Positions 17,300 through 28,142 are shown, numbered from the stretch's first letter. The stretch: DNA of 64,000 bases from a bacterium (GCA_016125005.1 WGMQ01000008.1:44606-108605); one strand, 5' to 3'. Program-made: numbers and translations. The notes: generated from the sequence alone by a model not told the origin.

Positions 17300-17889
17300 A
17301 CCCAGTCGCTTCCCCCCTGATTTGAACCGTCCCTCCCAGATCTACCGCCCATTATCGTTGCCCCGCCCGAGGGGCATCTCTCCCCCTACCTCCTGAGTGA
17401 GAGACGACGTGAACGCTGTCCTCGGTCTTGACCGACCCCACAACTGTTCACGCCGTCTTCCCGGCCGACCGCCCTATCGTTGGCTTCATGACCACCGCGC
17501 GATGCTTGCTGTGTCGCGCTGGCTCTGGGTGGGATGGAACCGGCGGGGCGACCAAGGCACTCGCTCGGGATGATCGCCTCCGCGGGCAAGGGGTTGGCAG
17601 GCCTCGTTGAGCGGCAGGATCGACAATCGACGGAGGCGTCCAACATGCCCGGCGCGCCTCCGCCCGTCCCTACTCCCATTCGCAATCCCATGACAGCCAC
17701 GGAATCCCTGTTGCATCGGCACGGGGGAGGTCCGTAACGTCCCGCGCCCCGAGTTTGTGAAAATAATCACAACCCGGATTCATCGCGGGCGTTGACGCGG
17801 AACCCGGCCCTTCGCACAAAAGGGGCCGTTCATCCGCCGCGTTCGGTGCGCAGGCGCACCACACATTCGCACACCAGAGCATCCACCAC

Positions 17890-20586
17890 ATGGCTGATCA
17901 AACCGTCCACCCATCCCTGAAGCCCGGCACCGAGGATATCAGGTTCTTCCTGAACGACCGGGAGGTCGTGGGCAAAAAAGGTGAAACGATCATCACCGTG
18001 GCTGCCCGCGAGGGCGTCTACATCCCGCACTATTGCTGGCACCCGTCGCTCAGCGTCGCGGGCAACTGCCGCCTGTGCCTCGTGGAGGTCCACCTCCCCG
18101 ATCCGCGCAACCCCGATGCGCCCGCCAAACCTGCTCCCAAGCCCGTCATCGGCTGCCAGACCCCGATCAGCAACGGCCTTCGCGTCTATACCGAGTCCAA
18201 GGTCGCCCAGGAATGCCAGCAGGGCATGATGGAGTTCCTGCTCGTCAACCACCCGCTCGACTGCCCCATCTGCGACCGCGGCGGCGAGTGCCAGCTCCAG
18301 CGCTACTCCATGGAGTACGGCGCCGGGCACACGCGCATGGCCGACGAGAAGCGCAAGTTCCACAAGCCCCAGGCCGACCCCCTCATCGACATCGAGCGCA
18401 ACCGCTGCATCATGTGTACCCGCTGCGTCCGCTTCAACGACGAGGTCGGTGGCGAGCACGTCATGGGCGTCTTCGACCGCGGCGAGGGGAACTACATCGG
18501 CACCTTCGGCCAGGGCCCCGTCTCCAACATCCTGTCCGGCAACATCATCGACATTTGCCCCGTCGGCTGCCTCACCTCCCGTCCCTTCCGCTTCAAGGCC
18601 CGTGTTTGGGAACTCGCCCAGACCCAGTCCACCAGCATCTGGGACGCCTCTGGTGCCAAGGTAACCCACTGGACGCGCAATCGCAAGCTGATGCGCACCA
18701 CGCCCCCCTCCCGCAAGGCCCACGACCGCTACACGGTCAACGAGGACACGGAGGAGTTCATCGACAACATCACCCGCTTTGGGTCCGACTTCGGCCTGCA
18801 CGCGGATCGTTGGGACGAGAGCCGCATCCGCATCGGCGGAACGCTGATCCCGGGCGCCTTCGTCGAGGCGGTTCGCCAGGCGGCCGGCTCGCTCGCCAAG
18901 ACCAAGGTCAACCATGGCGCCGATTCCATCGCGGTCCTCGTGTCGCCCCGCGCCACGATGGAAGAGGGCTTCCTCGCCGCCAAGTTTGCCCGCACGGTGA
19001 TCGGCAACGACAACGTGGACTGGCGCATGAGCTTTGCCACGGCGGCCTCCGCCGACGCGGCTTCGCTGGCTTTCCAGCACGCTGACGGTGACCTGAACGA
19101 CGGCTTCAGTGCCGTGGTCCTGGTCAACGGCGACTACCTGCATCAGGTCCCGACTTTTGCCATGCGCGTGAAGGAATATGCGCGCCTGAACAACAAGCCG
19201 GTCATCATGATCGGCCACCACCATGACGCCTACTTCTCCAAGTGTGCCGGTCGCCGTCAGTACGGCTGCCGTCCCGCGGAGACCTCCCGCGCGCTTGAGT
19301 TGCTGTCCCTCGCCATCAAGGGCGATGCGGCGGGCAACGGCGAACTGGCGAAGATCTTCTCCGTCGCCGAGTCCGAGGTTGCCTCGCTGGTCGATCTGCT
19401 GAAGGGAGTCGCCGGCAAGGCGCTCCTGATCCAAAGCCTCGAAGATATGAACGGCGCCTACCTGCCGTCGGAAGTTCCCGCGGCCCTGACGCTCAAGGCT
19501 GCCCTCGGCGCCACTTGGAAGTACATTCCCGTGCTTCGCGACCGTAATGCCTTCGGCCTGTACGCTGTCGGCGCCCAGCCCGGACGCCTCCCCGGCAGCG
19601 AGGAAGCGGTTCGCAAGGCTTGGAAAATCAATGAGAAGGCGCAGATTCCGACCGCCGGTGGCCAGCACGCCCGCGATCTGGTCGCCGCCATCGAGGAAGG
19701 GCGCATCAAGGGCCTCCTCGCCCTCGGCGCCGATGTGCTTTACAGCTACCCCGATCAGGACCGGCTCCTCGCGGCTCTGGAGAAGCTGGAAACCTTCGTG
19801 GTCTCCGACCTCTTCAATTCCGAGATCACCCGCCGCGCCACGGTTTTCTTTGCCGCCGCCTCCAACCTGGAGCGCGATGGCGTGATGGCTGACCTGGAAG
19901 GCAACCTGGCCCGTCTCAAGGATGTGGACGGCCCGACCGGTGGCGCTCGCCCCGATTGGGAGACCCTAACCGGCATCGCGACCATGATGGGTTCGACCGC
20001 CTTTGCCTACGAGTCCGTCGAGGACGTCTTCAACGAAATGATCCGTCTCGTGGCTCCCGGCTTCCGTGGCAGCTTCACAGGACTGGAACTCGCCGGACCG
20101 GCCAACGACCACTCGGTGCAGGATCCCGGTGGTGCCCGCCGCCGTACCCCGGCCTACAACCCCGGCGACTATCGCGTCGACGGCGCGCATTTGCGCTGGT
20201 CGTCCGAGCCCTTTGCCGGTGCGATTCCCGCTGTTGCCGCCGAGGCGCCCGCCGCCGCCGGTCAGTTCCTCCTGACTTGGGGCGAGCACGTGCAGGGCGA
20301 CGACTACCACCTGAACCACGCCTCGATTGCTCACCTGCTGAAGGCCAAGCCCTACGTCGAGGTTCATCCGGCGGATGCGGCGACCCTCGCGCTGGAGGAC
20401 GGCAAGCGTGCCGTGCTGACCGTCGGGACCGAGTCCATCGAGGTCACGGCACGGGTCCGCAAAGGCCCTGCTCAGGGAACGCTTTATTTCCCGGCAGGTC
20501 TGGGCGGGCTCAAGCTGACGGGCTTGGGCGAATCGTTGACGGCAGGGCTTCAACCCGCGTTGGAGACGGAGTTGGCCTCCGTTTGA
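17890..20586 (+). CDS. nuoG: NADH-quinone oxidoreductase subunit G (long form with molybdopterin-oxidoreductase-like C-terminal domain)
   Basis: 2Fe-2S motif CWHPSLSVAGNCRLCLVEV. 4Fe-4S motifs NHPLDCPICDRGGECQLQ and CIMCTRCVRF. 898 aa. Confidence 0.9.
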   Translation: MADQTVHPSLKPGTEDIRFFLNDREVVGKKGETIITVAAREGVYIPHYCWHPSLSVAGNCRLCLVEVHLPDPRNPDAPAKPAPKPVIGCQTPISNGLRVYTESKVAQECQQGMMEFLLVNHPLDCPICDRGGECQLQRYSMEYGAGHTRMADEKRKFHKPQADPLIDIERNRCIMCTRCVRFNDEVGGEHVMGVFDRGEGNYIGTFGQGPVSNILSGNIIDICPVGCLTSRPFRFKARVWELAQTQSTSIWDASGAKVTHWTRNRKLMRTTPPSRKAHDRYTVNEDTEEFIDNITRFGSDFGLHADRWDESRIRIGGTLIPGAFVEAVRQAAGSLAKTKVNHGADSIAVLVSPRATMEEGFLAAKFARTVIGNDNVDWRMSFATAASADAASLAFQHADGDLNDGFSAVVLVNGDYLHQVPTFAMRVKEYARLNNKPVIMIGHHHDAYFSKCAGRRQYGCRPAETSRALELLSLAIKGDAAGNGELAKIFSVAESEVASLVDLLKGVAGKALLIQSLEDMNGAYLPSEVPAALTLKAALGATWKYIPVLRDRNAFGLYAVGAQPGRLPGSEEAVRKAWKINEKAQIPTAGGQHARDLVAAIEEGRIKGLLALGADVLYSYPDQDRLLAALEKLETFVVSDLFNSEITRRATVFFAAASNLERDGVMADLEGNLARLKDVDGPTGGARPDWETLTGIATMMGSTAFAYESVEDVFNEMIRLVAPGFRGSFTGLELAGPANDHSVQDPGGARRRTPAYNPGDYRVDGAHLRWSSEPFAGAIPAVAAEAPAAAGQFLLTWGEHVQGDDYHLNHASIAHLLKAKPYVEVHPADAATLALEDGKRAVLTVGTESIEVTARVRKGPAQGTLYFPAGLGGLKLTGLGESLTAGLQPALETELASV

Positions 20587-20751
20587 CGGGGGTGAAGTGA
20601 CAGGAAGCGGGGCCGGAAGTGGTCCAGTCTGCGATTGACTCACCTCGGTTGGGTCACCTTAAGTTCCGCGTCCTCAAGGTAGGGTTTGTGAATTTTTTCT
20701 CAAACTGGCCGGGCATGAGTGCGTCCGCCACACCACGACAGGCTAAAGGGC

Positions 20752-22185
20752 ATGCAATTTCTCTTTGATTTCTTGGGACAATTCATCGGTGGTCCGGCCA
20801 ACGCCTTCATGGTGGTGGTCGCGCTGATCAAGATCGCTCTGATCCTGGGCGGTATCCTGCAAGTCGTCCCCTTCATCATCCTTTTCGAGCGCAAGATCAT
20901 CAGCTGGGTGCAGGACCGACCCGGCCCGAACCGCGCTGGTCCCTGGGGCGTTCTCCACGGCATCCTCGACGGTGCGAAGCTCTTCTTCAAGGAGACGATC
21001 ACCCCGTCGGGCGTCGATAAGTCCCTCTACCTGCTCGCTCCTGTCATCGTCGTCATTCCCGCGTTTGTCGCGCTTTGCCTCGTGCCGGTTGGCCCCATCA
21101 TCGAGGGCTCTCACCTGGCGGCGCTGGCCAACTTCTTCGGCCTCGATCCGGCGATGGTCGGTCCTTCCGGCCAGATCAACCGGATTGCCTTCGCGATCAC
21201 CAACCCCAACGTCGGCATCCTCTACGTTCTCGCGATCACCTCAGTGGGCGTCTACGGGATAACGTTGGCCGGTTGGGCGTCCAACAACAAGTGGTCGCTC
21301 CTCGGCGGCATCCGTGCCTCCGCCCAGATGATCAGCTACGAAATCACGCTCTCCCTTGCCATCATTTCGGCGATTCTCCTCTCGGGGAGCCTCAATCTGT
21401 ACGACATCATCGGCTCTCAGACCGCCCCGATGAATGGCGCATCGGTCAATCCGCTCGCGTTCCTTCACTGGCACGTCTTCGCGGCGCCGGTGGCGTTCCT
21501 GCTGTTCATCGTTGCCATGTTCGCCGAGACCAACCGCGTGCCGTTTGACTTGGCGGAAGCGGAGCCGGAACTGACCGGTGGCTTCCACACCGAATACTCG
21601 TCGATGCGCTTCGCGCTGTTCTTCCTCGCCGAGTACGTCAACATGATCATCGTCAGCGCCATGTGCTCCACGCTGTTCCTTGGCGGCTACCTCGGGCCGG
21701 TCATGCTCGACTGGGATCAGTGGGCACAGTGGGCCAGCAACCTGGTTCCGCCGCAGACCGCGGGACTGTACCCGCTCGTTGTCATCGCTGGCTACCTCGC
21801 TGGCCCGGCGGTGATCTTCCCGGCCAAGATCGCCTTCTTCCTGTTCCTGTTCATCTTCGCCCGCGCCACGCTCCCCCGTTTCCGCTACGACCAGCTAATG
21901 AACCTTGGTTGGAAGCAGCTCCTGCCGATCGGTCTCGTGAACTTCGTGCTCGTGGCCATTACGGTCGGCATCGACCTCGCGATCCGTGCAGGAATGGACG
22001 GCGGGCTCGAGGCGAACAAACACATGCTGCTGACCTCCAAGCTGACCCTTGGTGCTGTCACACTCGCGCTCCTGCTGATCTACGACCGCTTTGTGCTGAC
22101 CCGCAACCGGCAGAAGATGCTGGCCAGTGAGTACCGCGGGCTCGGCGCCCGTCGCGACTACCCGACGCCGTTTGTGGCGTCGTGA
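20752..22185 (+). CDS. nuoH: NADH-quinone oxidoreductase subunit H (with C-terminal extension)
   Basis: GWASNNKWSLLGGIRASAQMISYEITLSL, and AFLLFIVAMFAETNRVPFDLAEAEPEL with the ETNR...PFDL...E-ELxxG motif. The start was set at MQFLFDF. Confidence 0.9.
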   Translation: MQFLFDFLGQFIGGPANAFMVVVALIKIALILGGILQVVPFIILFERKIISWVQDRPGPNRAGPWGVLHGILDGAKLFFKETITPSGVDKSLYLLAPVIVVIPAFVALCLVPVGPIIEGSHLAALANFFGLDPAMVGPSGQINRIAFAITNPNVGILYVLAITSVGVYGITLAGWASNNKWSLLGGIRASAQMISYEITLSLAIISAILLSGSLNLYDIIGSQTAPMNGASVNPLAFLHWHVFAAPVAFLLFIVAMFAETNRVPFDLAEAEPELTGGFHTEYSSMRFALFFLAEYVNMIIVSAMCSTLFLGGYLGPVMLDWDQWAQWASNLVPPQTAGLYPLVVIAGYLAGPAVIFPAKIAFFLFLFIFARATLPRFRYDQLMNLGWKQLLPIGLVNFVLVAITVGIDLAIRAGMDGGLEANKHMLLTSKLTLGAVTLALLLIYDRFVLTRNRQKMLASEYRGLGARRDYPTPFVAS

Positions 22186-22214
22186 TCCGGCGAAAGACCT
22201 GAGGAGAACCACCT

Positions 22215-22763
22215 GTGATCTTCGAACTGCTCAAGGGCCTGAACATCGCCGCCCACCACATGGTCCGCTACATGGCGGGACCGGGAAACGTGACCGTGGA
22301 GTATCCGGAGGTGAAGCGCGAGCAGCCTCCCTTCTTCCGTGGACGTCACCGCCTGCAACGCTACAAGGACGGTCTCGAGCGCTGCGTCGGTTGCGCGCTC
22401 TGTGCTGCCGTTTGTCCCTCGGAGGCCATCTATCTTGAGGCCGCCGAGAACACCCCCGAGCACCGCGTCTCGGCGGGGGAGCGCTACGCCGAGGTCTACC
22501 AGATCCATCTGCTCCGCTGCATCTTCTGCGGATTCTGCGAGGAAGCCTGCCCCGAGAATGCCATCATCATGGGACCGAGCTTCGAGTTGGCCATGAGCAA
22601 GCGCACCGACTTTATCGCCGACAAGGGCGACATGCTGGACGCCCCCGAGAAGGGCTTCGGCGACTACCACGAGTACGATCCTTACATTTCACACGTCACC
22701 GCCGAGTCGGACAAGAAGGCAAAGGCTGATCCGTGGGACAAGTCCCACGCGGCCGGGCATTGA
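22215..22763 (+). CDS. nuoI: NADH-quinone oxidoreductase subunit I (2x[4Fe-4S] ferredoxin)
   Basis: CVGCALCAAVCP and CIFCGFCEEACP. GTG start. Confidence 0.9.
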   Translation: MIFELLKGLNIAAHHMVRYMAGPGNVTVEYPEVKREQPPFFRGRHRLQRYKDGLERCVGCALCAAVCPSEAIYLEAAENTPEHRVSAGERYAEVYQIHLLRCIFCGFCEEACPENAIIMGPSFELAMSKRTDFIADKGDMLDAPEKGFGDYHEYDPYISHVTAESDKKAKADPWDKSHAAGH

Positions 22764-22810
22764 GATTTCAAGGGCGCCCATGACGGGCCACCACGACTGA
22801 AACGGAAACC

Positions 22811-23374
22811 TTGATGGAACTGATCATCTACTACACTCTCTTCGCGATCACGGTCGGGTTCGCGCTCGGTGTTCTCCTCAACAAGAACACCGTGAAGAGC
22901 GCCATGAGCCTCGTCGGCGTCATGATCTGCCTGGCCGCGAACTTCCTGCTCATGCGCCAGGAGTTCGTCGCCTTCATCCAGATCATCGTCTACGCGGGCG
23001 CCATCATGGTGCTCTTCCTCTTCGTCATCATGCTGCTGAACCTGCGCGAGCGCGAGACCACGCCGTGGTACCTGCGCAGCACGCGGTTCTGGGGTGGGGC
23101 GCTTGGACTGACGTTCTTCTTCGTGATGGCGTGGGGGCTTCAGGTCTTCAGTGCTGGCACGACGGAGCCCGCCATGGCAGCGGTCCAGGCTGACCTGGCC
23201 GCGAGGAACACCCCTGAGATTACCGTCCTCTCCACGAAGATGATCACGCACTACATCGTCCCCTTCCTGCTCACCTCGGTGTTGCTGCTGGTGGCGGTGA
23301 TCGGGGCCATTGTCATGGCCCGCCGTCAGGACGAGGACGGCAACGAAATCCTGGTCGAAGACGAGGTGGCTTGA
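22811..23374 (+). CDS. nuoJ: NADH-quinone oxidoreductase subunit J
   Basis: Typical NuoJ N-terminus (LIIYYTLFAITVGFALGVLL...VYAGAIMVLFLFVIMLL). Confidence 0.85.
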   Translation: MMELIIYYTLFAITVGFALGVLLNKNTVKSAMSLVGVMICLAANFLLMRQEFVAFIQIIVYAGAIMVLFLFVIMLLNLRERETTPWYLRSTRFWGGALGLTFFFVMAWGLQVFSAGTTEPAMAAVQADLAARNTPEITVLSTKMITHYIVPFLLTSVLLLVAVIGAIVMARRQDEDGNEILVEDEVA

Positions 23375-23377
23375 TCC

Positions 23378-23683
23378 ATGCAGGAGATTTTCGTCAGCAA
23401 TCTGGTCCTCAGCGCCCTGCTCTTCACCATTGGCATCCTGGGTGTCATGTGGAAGCGAAACGCCATTTCACTCTTCATGAGCGTTGAACTGATGCTCAAC
23501 GCCGCGAACCTCGCGTTCGTGTCGTTCGCCTACCAGATGGGCCTCCTCAGCGGGGGCATTCTGGTGCTCTTCATCATGACCGTCGCCGCCGCCGAGGCAG
23601 GCGTCGGGCTCGCCATCTTCATTTCCATGTTCCGTGCCAAGCGCCACATCCGTGTGGACGAGCACGACATGCTCCACGGCTAA
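23378..23683 (+). CDS. nuoK: NADH-quinone oxidoreductase subunit K
   Basis: 101 aa with 3 TM helices. SVELMLNAANLAFV motif. Confidence 0.9.
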   Translation: MQEIFVSNLVLSALLFTIGILGVMWKRNAISLFMSVELMLNAANLAFVSFAYQMGLLSGGILVLFIMTVAAAEAGVGLAIFISMFRAKRHIRVDEHDMLHG

Positions 23684-23715
23684 CGGAAAGGGAATCTGCG
23701 AACAACGCGCCAACC

Positions 23716-25308
23716 ATGACGACACTCGCGCTTATCCAAGCCTACGTTCCGAACATTCACCCCGCCCACATCATGCCTTTCCTGGTGATGCTTGTCGGTG
23801 CGATTCTCTGCCTGATCTTCGACGCCATGAGCGACAAGCAGGGGAGCCGCGACCTGCTCCCCTGGGTGGCGGGAAGCACGCTCGTTGCCACCATCATGAG
23901 CCTCCTGATCGGATTCATGCCTTACAACAGGCTCTTCGCCGAAGAGACCTTCCGGGCTGACACCTTCAGCGTCCTCGGTTCCATCACGATCATGCTCGCC
24001 TGTCTGCTTGCCGTGATCATGGGTCCCGCACTGGTGAGCCGCCGCAACATACCCAGCGGCGAGTTCTACACGCTCATTGTCTTTGTTGCCTTCGGTGGCA
24101 TGACGATGGCTTTGTCGAACGAGCTGCTGACCGCCTTCATCGCCCTCGAAATCATGTCGCTCTCGCTGTATGTGCTGACAGGTATTGATCGCCGCAGCTC
24201 CCGAGCCTCCGAGGCCGCCTTCAAGTACTTCATTCTCGGCGCCTTCGCCTCCGCCTTCCTGGTGCTGGGCATCGGCTTTATCTTCGGCGCCACTCACACG
24301 ACCCACCTGCACGAGATTGCCGCCGTCCTCGGCGAGGGTTCCGTTGACCTGGTCAACGGCGGAGCGGCGGCCCTCAACCCGATCTGGATCTTCGTCGGCT
24401 TCGCTCTTCTCTTCGTCGGCATGTGCTTCAAGCTGAGCCTCGCCCCCTTCCACATGTGGGCGCCGGACGTCTATGAAGGTGCAAACACGCCGACCGTTGT
24501 GATGATTGCAACCTCGTCGAAGATCGCCGCCTTCGCGCTGATGGTCCACATCGTTGCTGCGTTGGCCCGCTGGGACCTGTTCGCGGAGGGCGCCACCTAC
24601 CTCGTCGGTTTCGTGGCTCTCGTCTCAATGATCTGGGGTAACCTCGGTGCGCTCGTTCAATCGAACTTCAAGCGCATGATGGCGTACTCCTCCGTTGCGC
24701 AAACCGGCTACATGGCGCTCGCGCTCATGGTGCTGATTGCCCTTCCGGGCCAACTGGAGGGTGCCAAACTCGCCGCCGCCGAGGAAGCCATCAAGAACGC
24801 GATCGTCCTTTACCTCGTCGGCTACACGGTGATGAGCGCCCTGGCTCTCGGCATCGCCTGGCTGATCGGTGGCGAAGGTCACATGGCCGGTTACCGCGGC
24901 CTCGTCTTCCGCAACCCGATCGCCGCCACCGGCATGGCCGTCGCCATGTTCAGCCTTGTTGGTATCGGCTTCACGCCCCCCACCATCGGGTTCATGGGCA
25001 AGTTCTACCTCTTCAAGGAAGCCGTTCAGTACAACTTCACCGCGCTGGCTGCCATCGCCGTGGTGACCTCCGTGATCTCGGCTTTCTACTACCTGAATCT
25101 GGTGGTCACGATGTTCATGCGCGAGGAGACCGAGGAAGCGGGCGTTCGTCTCGCCTGCATGCGCGAGCAGACCTTCCGCCTGGCCAGCTCCGACGCCCTC
25201 ACCCGCGTCGCCATGGCTTCCTGCACCGCCCTGATCTTCCTGCTCGGGTTCTTCCCGAACTCGCTTTTTCTGATCGCCGACGCGATCAAGGAAGGGTTCC
25301 TGCGCTAA
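23716..25308 (+). CDS. nuoN: NADH-quinone oxidoreductase subunit N (antiporter-like), located before nuoL/nuoM
   Basis: FHMWAPDVYEGANTPTVVMIATSSK (NuoN signature), 14 TM, and the typical NuoN C-terminus. Confidence 0.8.
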   Translation: MTTLALIQAYVPNIHPAHIMPFLVMLVGAILCLIFDAMSDKQGSRDLLPWVAGSTLVATIMSLLIGFMPYNRLFAEETFRADTFSVLGSITIMLACLLAVIMGPALVSRRNIPSGEFYTLIVFVAFGGMTMALSNELLTAFIALEIMSLSLYVLTGIDRRSSRASEAAFKYFILGAFASAFLVLGIGFIFGATHTTHLHEIAAVLGEGSVDLVNGGAAALNPIWIFVGFALLFVGMCFKLSLAPFHMWAPDVYEGANTPTVVMIATSSKIAAFALMVHIVAALARWDLFAEGATYLVGFVALVSMIWGNLGALVQSNFKRMMAYSSVAQTGYMALALMVLIALPGQLEGAKLAAAEEAIKNAIVLYLVGYTVMSALALGIAWLIGGEGHMAGYRGLVFRNPIAATGMAVAMFSLVGIGFTPPTIGFMGKFYLFKEAVQYNFTALAAIAVVTSVISAFYYLNLVVTMFMREETEEAGVRLACMREQTFRLASSDALTRVAMASCTALIFLLGFFPNSLFLIADAIKEGFLR

Positions 25309-25311
25309 GCG

Positions 25312-25656
25312 ATGCTCTCCACCTGCCGCTGCTCCAGCCAAGCCGAAGCCTCCCTGCGGACCCTCATGGGCCTGCCCGAGGCCACGCGCATTGCTGGCGT
25401 CGAGCTGGAGTTCAAGGAACTGCCTTACTTCATCGTTTCCCGCGCCAAGGTCCGCTGGGACCCGGCGATGGGCGACATCAATGTGATTCAAATCGACCGC
25501 ATCAACGACCAGGGACTCGTGGTGGATACACGGGTACTGGCCGATGACGAGACCGATGGCGAGCCGGGCCAGCTCACGTTCATTCCTTGGCCCAACGTCG
25601 TTTCCCTTTCCATCACACGCGCCCCAGAGGGCGGAAAAGGATCTGAGCAGGCATGA
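25312..25656 (+). CDS. Hypothetical small protein inserted between nuoN and nuoL (start uncertain, possibly ATG at 25366)
   Basis: An ORF fills a 345-bp gap inside the nuo cluster. There is no recognisable domain, and it is acidic. Codon usage looks plausible but the RBS is weak. Confidence 0.3.
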   Translation: MLSTCRCSSQAEASLRTLMGLPEATRIAGVELEFKELPYFIVSRAKVRWDPAMGDINVIQIDRINDQGLVVDTRVLADDETDGEPGQLTFIPWPNVVSLSITRAPEGGKGSEQA

Positions 25657-28142
25657 TCGATTACGTCTGGCTCCTCCCCCTGATCATGGCCATTGCGGCC
25701 GCGATCAATGGCTTCGGGTGCCGATTCCTCGGCAAGCTGGCTGGCTATATCGCCGCCGGTGCCATGGCCGTTACCTTCATCATCGCGGCCGCGGTCTTCC
25801 TTCAGGTCAAGAACAACGCCCCGCACGTCGGCCACGGCCACGAACATGCAGCAGGCGACGCGCATCACGGCGGGGCCGACTCGCATGGCTATCATGGCAC
25901 GCTCCTCGAACGCTGGAACGCTGCCGACATAGCCGGAGATGCATCCTACAAGGCCGCCATCAAGGCTGAGCATCACTTCGTCAAAGCCAGCGGCCAGCCT
26001 TGGGACACCGACTTCCGCGAAGGCCTCGGCGGTTACGTTCCCCTTTGGACCTGGTTTGAGATCCCGGGCGCTCTCGGTGATCACGACCTCAAGGTCGAGA
26101 TGGCCTTCCATGTCGACCAGCTCTCCTCGATCTTCCTGCTCTTCATCAGCTTCGTCGGCACGCTCGTCTTCGTCTATGCCAACGGCTACATGAAGGAGCA
26201 CCACGACGGCCACGAAGTCCTCGATGAAGGCTTCGCGCGCTTCTTCTCCTATCTGGCGCTCTTCGCGGCGTCGATGTACACGCTGATCCTTGGCGCCAAC
26301 TTCGCCGTGATGTTCATCGGCTGGGAAGGCGTGGGTCTCTGCTCCTACCTGCTGATCGGTTACTACTTCGATCGCCGCTTCAGCGCCAAGCTGATGTGCG
26401 CCGACGCGGGCAAGAAGGCCTTTGTCGCGAACCGCGTGGGGGACTTCGGCCTCATGCTCGGCATGTTCCTCCTCTTCTGGGGACTGGGCACGCTCGACTT
26501 CCAGACAATCATCTCGATCCTTACTTCCGGTGAGGCACCTGCTGCCTTCGGCTACTCGGGCGCCATCATCACCGCAGCCACCCTGCTGCTGTTCCTGGGC
26601 GCGACCGGCAAGAGCGCCCAGATTCCGCTGTTCGTTTGGCTGCCCGACGCCATGGCGGGTCCGACCCCGGTTTCCGCCCTGATCCACGCCGCCACGATGG
26701 TTACCGCGGGCATCTACATGCTCGCCCGGCTCAACGTGCTGTACATGCTGTCCCCGACGACCATGCTGGTGGTGGCGATCGTGGGTGGCCTGACCGCACT
26801 GGTGGCAGCGTTCGTCGGCCTGACGCAGCGCGGCATCAAGAAGATCCTCGCCTACTCGACCGTCTCGCAGCTCGGCTACATGTTCCTCGCGATGGGCGTT
26901 GGTGCCTTCGCCGCGGGCGTGTTCCACGTCTTCACGCACGCCTTCTTCAAGGCCTGCCTCTTCCTCGCCGCCGGATCGATCATCCACGCGCTGCACCATG
27001 AGGAAGACGTCTTCAAGATGGGCGGCCTGAAGTCGAAGATGCCCCTCACCTTCGCCGCCTACGGTTTGGCGACGCTGGCAATCGCTGGTATCTTCCCCTT
27101 CGCCGGTTTCTGGTCGAAGGACGAGATCCTGTATATGACCTACCTCGCCAGCACCGGCGGCGATAAGGTGTATCTGGTCCTCTACATCATGGGCGTGCTG
27201 ACCGCCGCCATGACCGCCTTCTACATGGGTCGCTCGCTGGTTCTTCCCTTCTTTGGCAAGACCCGCATGGAGCACGAGGCTCACGGCCATGACCATCACC
27301 ACCACGGTCACGATGACCATGGCCATGGTCAGGACGATCATGGTCACGACGACCACGGCCATCACCACGGCATTCCTTACGAGAAGGTGAAGGAGTCCTC
27401 GCCGGTCATGACGTCGGTTCTTCTGACGCTTGCCGTGGCCTCCTGCCTCGTCGGTTTCCTGAACGTCCCCAAGGCCCTCAACATGGGCTTCCTGCCCGAC
27501 AGCGTGTTCCACCACTTCCTGGCCCCCGTGACTGATCGCGGAGCGCTCTACGTGGCCAGCCAGCAGTTCGGGTTTGCTGAAACGACCGCTCCCTACGGTG
27601 CTGACGTGGTCGGCGGAAACATCGTCGATGGCGTTGTTGCTGAGCACAGCAGCAGCAAGGAGCAGTTGATGGCGGTGTTCTCCGTCATCGTGGCGGCTCT
27701 CGGCCTGTTCCTCGCCTGGTGGCTGTATAGCTCGGGCGACCTGAAGAAGTCCGAGAACCTGGCGCGCAAGCCCCTGCTCTCCTCGCTCTGGTCGGTCTCC
27801 TGGAACGCTTGGTGGTGGGACGACATCTACGACGCGTTGTTTGTGCGCGGTGGGATGCGTCTATACGATGCGGTCCTATGGTTCGACAAGACGATCATCG
27901 ATGGCTTCCTCGTCCTCGGCGTGGGCAACCTTTGCCGCCGTATCGGCGTCGAGTTCCGTCGCCTTCAGAACGGCCAGGTGCAGGTCTACGGCCTCGTGAT
28001 GGTGCTGGGCGTGTGCCTTTTCCTCCTCTACTTCGCCATCGGTCTCGCGCAGTTCCTGGGCGATGCGAAGGTGACCCAGAAGCCGCAGAATAGCCGCCGC
28101 GTCGGTGCCGTTGCCGCGCAGGTTGACGTCGTAAATCGCTAA
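25653..28142 (+). CDS. nuoL: NADH-quinone oxidoreductase subunit L (long form, with His-rich insertions)
   Basis: LFVWLPDAMAGPTPVSALIHAATMVTAG (NuoL signature). 829 aa. His-rich segments HVGHGHEHAAGDAHHGG and MEHEAHGHDHHHHGHDDHGHGQDDHGHDDHGHHHG. Confidence 0.9.
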   Translation: MIDYVWLLPLIMAIAAAINGFGCRFLGKLAGYIAAGAMAVTFIIAAAVFLQVKNNAPHVGHGHEHAAGDAHHGGADSHGYHGTLLERWNAADIAGDASYKAAIKAEHHFVKASGQPWDTDFREGLGGYVPLWTWFEIPGALGDHDLKVEMAFHVDQLSSIFLLFISFVGTLVFVYANGYMKEHHDGHEVLDEGFARFFSYLALFAASMYTLILGANFAVMFIGWEGVGLCSYLLIGYYFDRRFSAKLMCADAGKKAFVANRVGDFGLMLGMFLLFWGLGTLDFQTIISILTSGEAPAAFGYSGAIITAATLLLFLGATGKSAQIPLFVWLPDAMAGPTPVSALIHAATMVTAGIYMLARLNVLYMLSPTTMLVVAIVGGLTALVAAFVGLTQRGIKKILAYSTVSQLGYMFLAMGVGAFAAGVFHVFTHAFFKACLFLAAGSIIHALHHEEDVFKMGGLKSKMPLTFAAYGLATLAIAGIFPFAGFWSKDEILYMTYLASTGGDKVYLVLYIMGVLTAAMTAFYMGRSLVLPFFGKTRMEHEAHGHDHHHHGHDDHGHGQDDHGHDDHGHHHGIPYEKVKESSPVMTSVLLTLAVASCLVGFLNVPKALNMGFLPDSVFHHFLAPVTDRGALYVASQQFGFAETTAPYGADVVGGNIVDGVVAEHSSSKEQLMAVFSVIVAALGLFLAWWLYSSGDLKKSENLARKPLLSSLWSVSWNAWWWDDIYDALFVRGGMRLYDAVLWFDKTIIDGFLVLGVGNLCRRIGVEFRRLQNGQVQVYGLVMVLGVCLFLLYFAIGLAQFLGDAKVTQKPQNSRRVGAVAAQVDVVNR

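Noticed and set aside
17830-19668. 612-aa minus-strand ORF and 350-aa plus-strand alternative-frame ORF (18033-19085)
   Set aside because: They overlap nuoG, whose Fe-S motifs are unambiguous. The translations are Gly/Ala/Arg-rich repeats.
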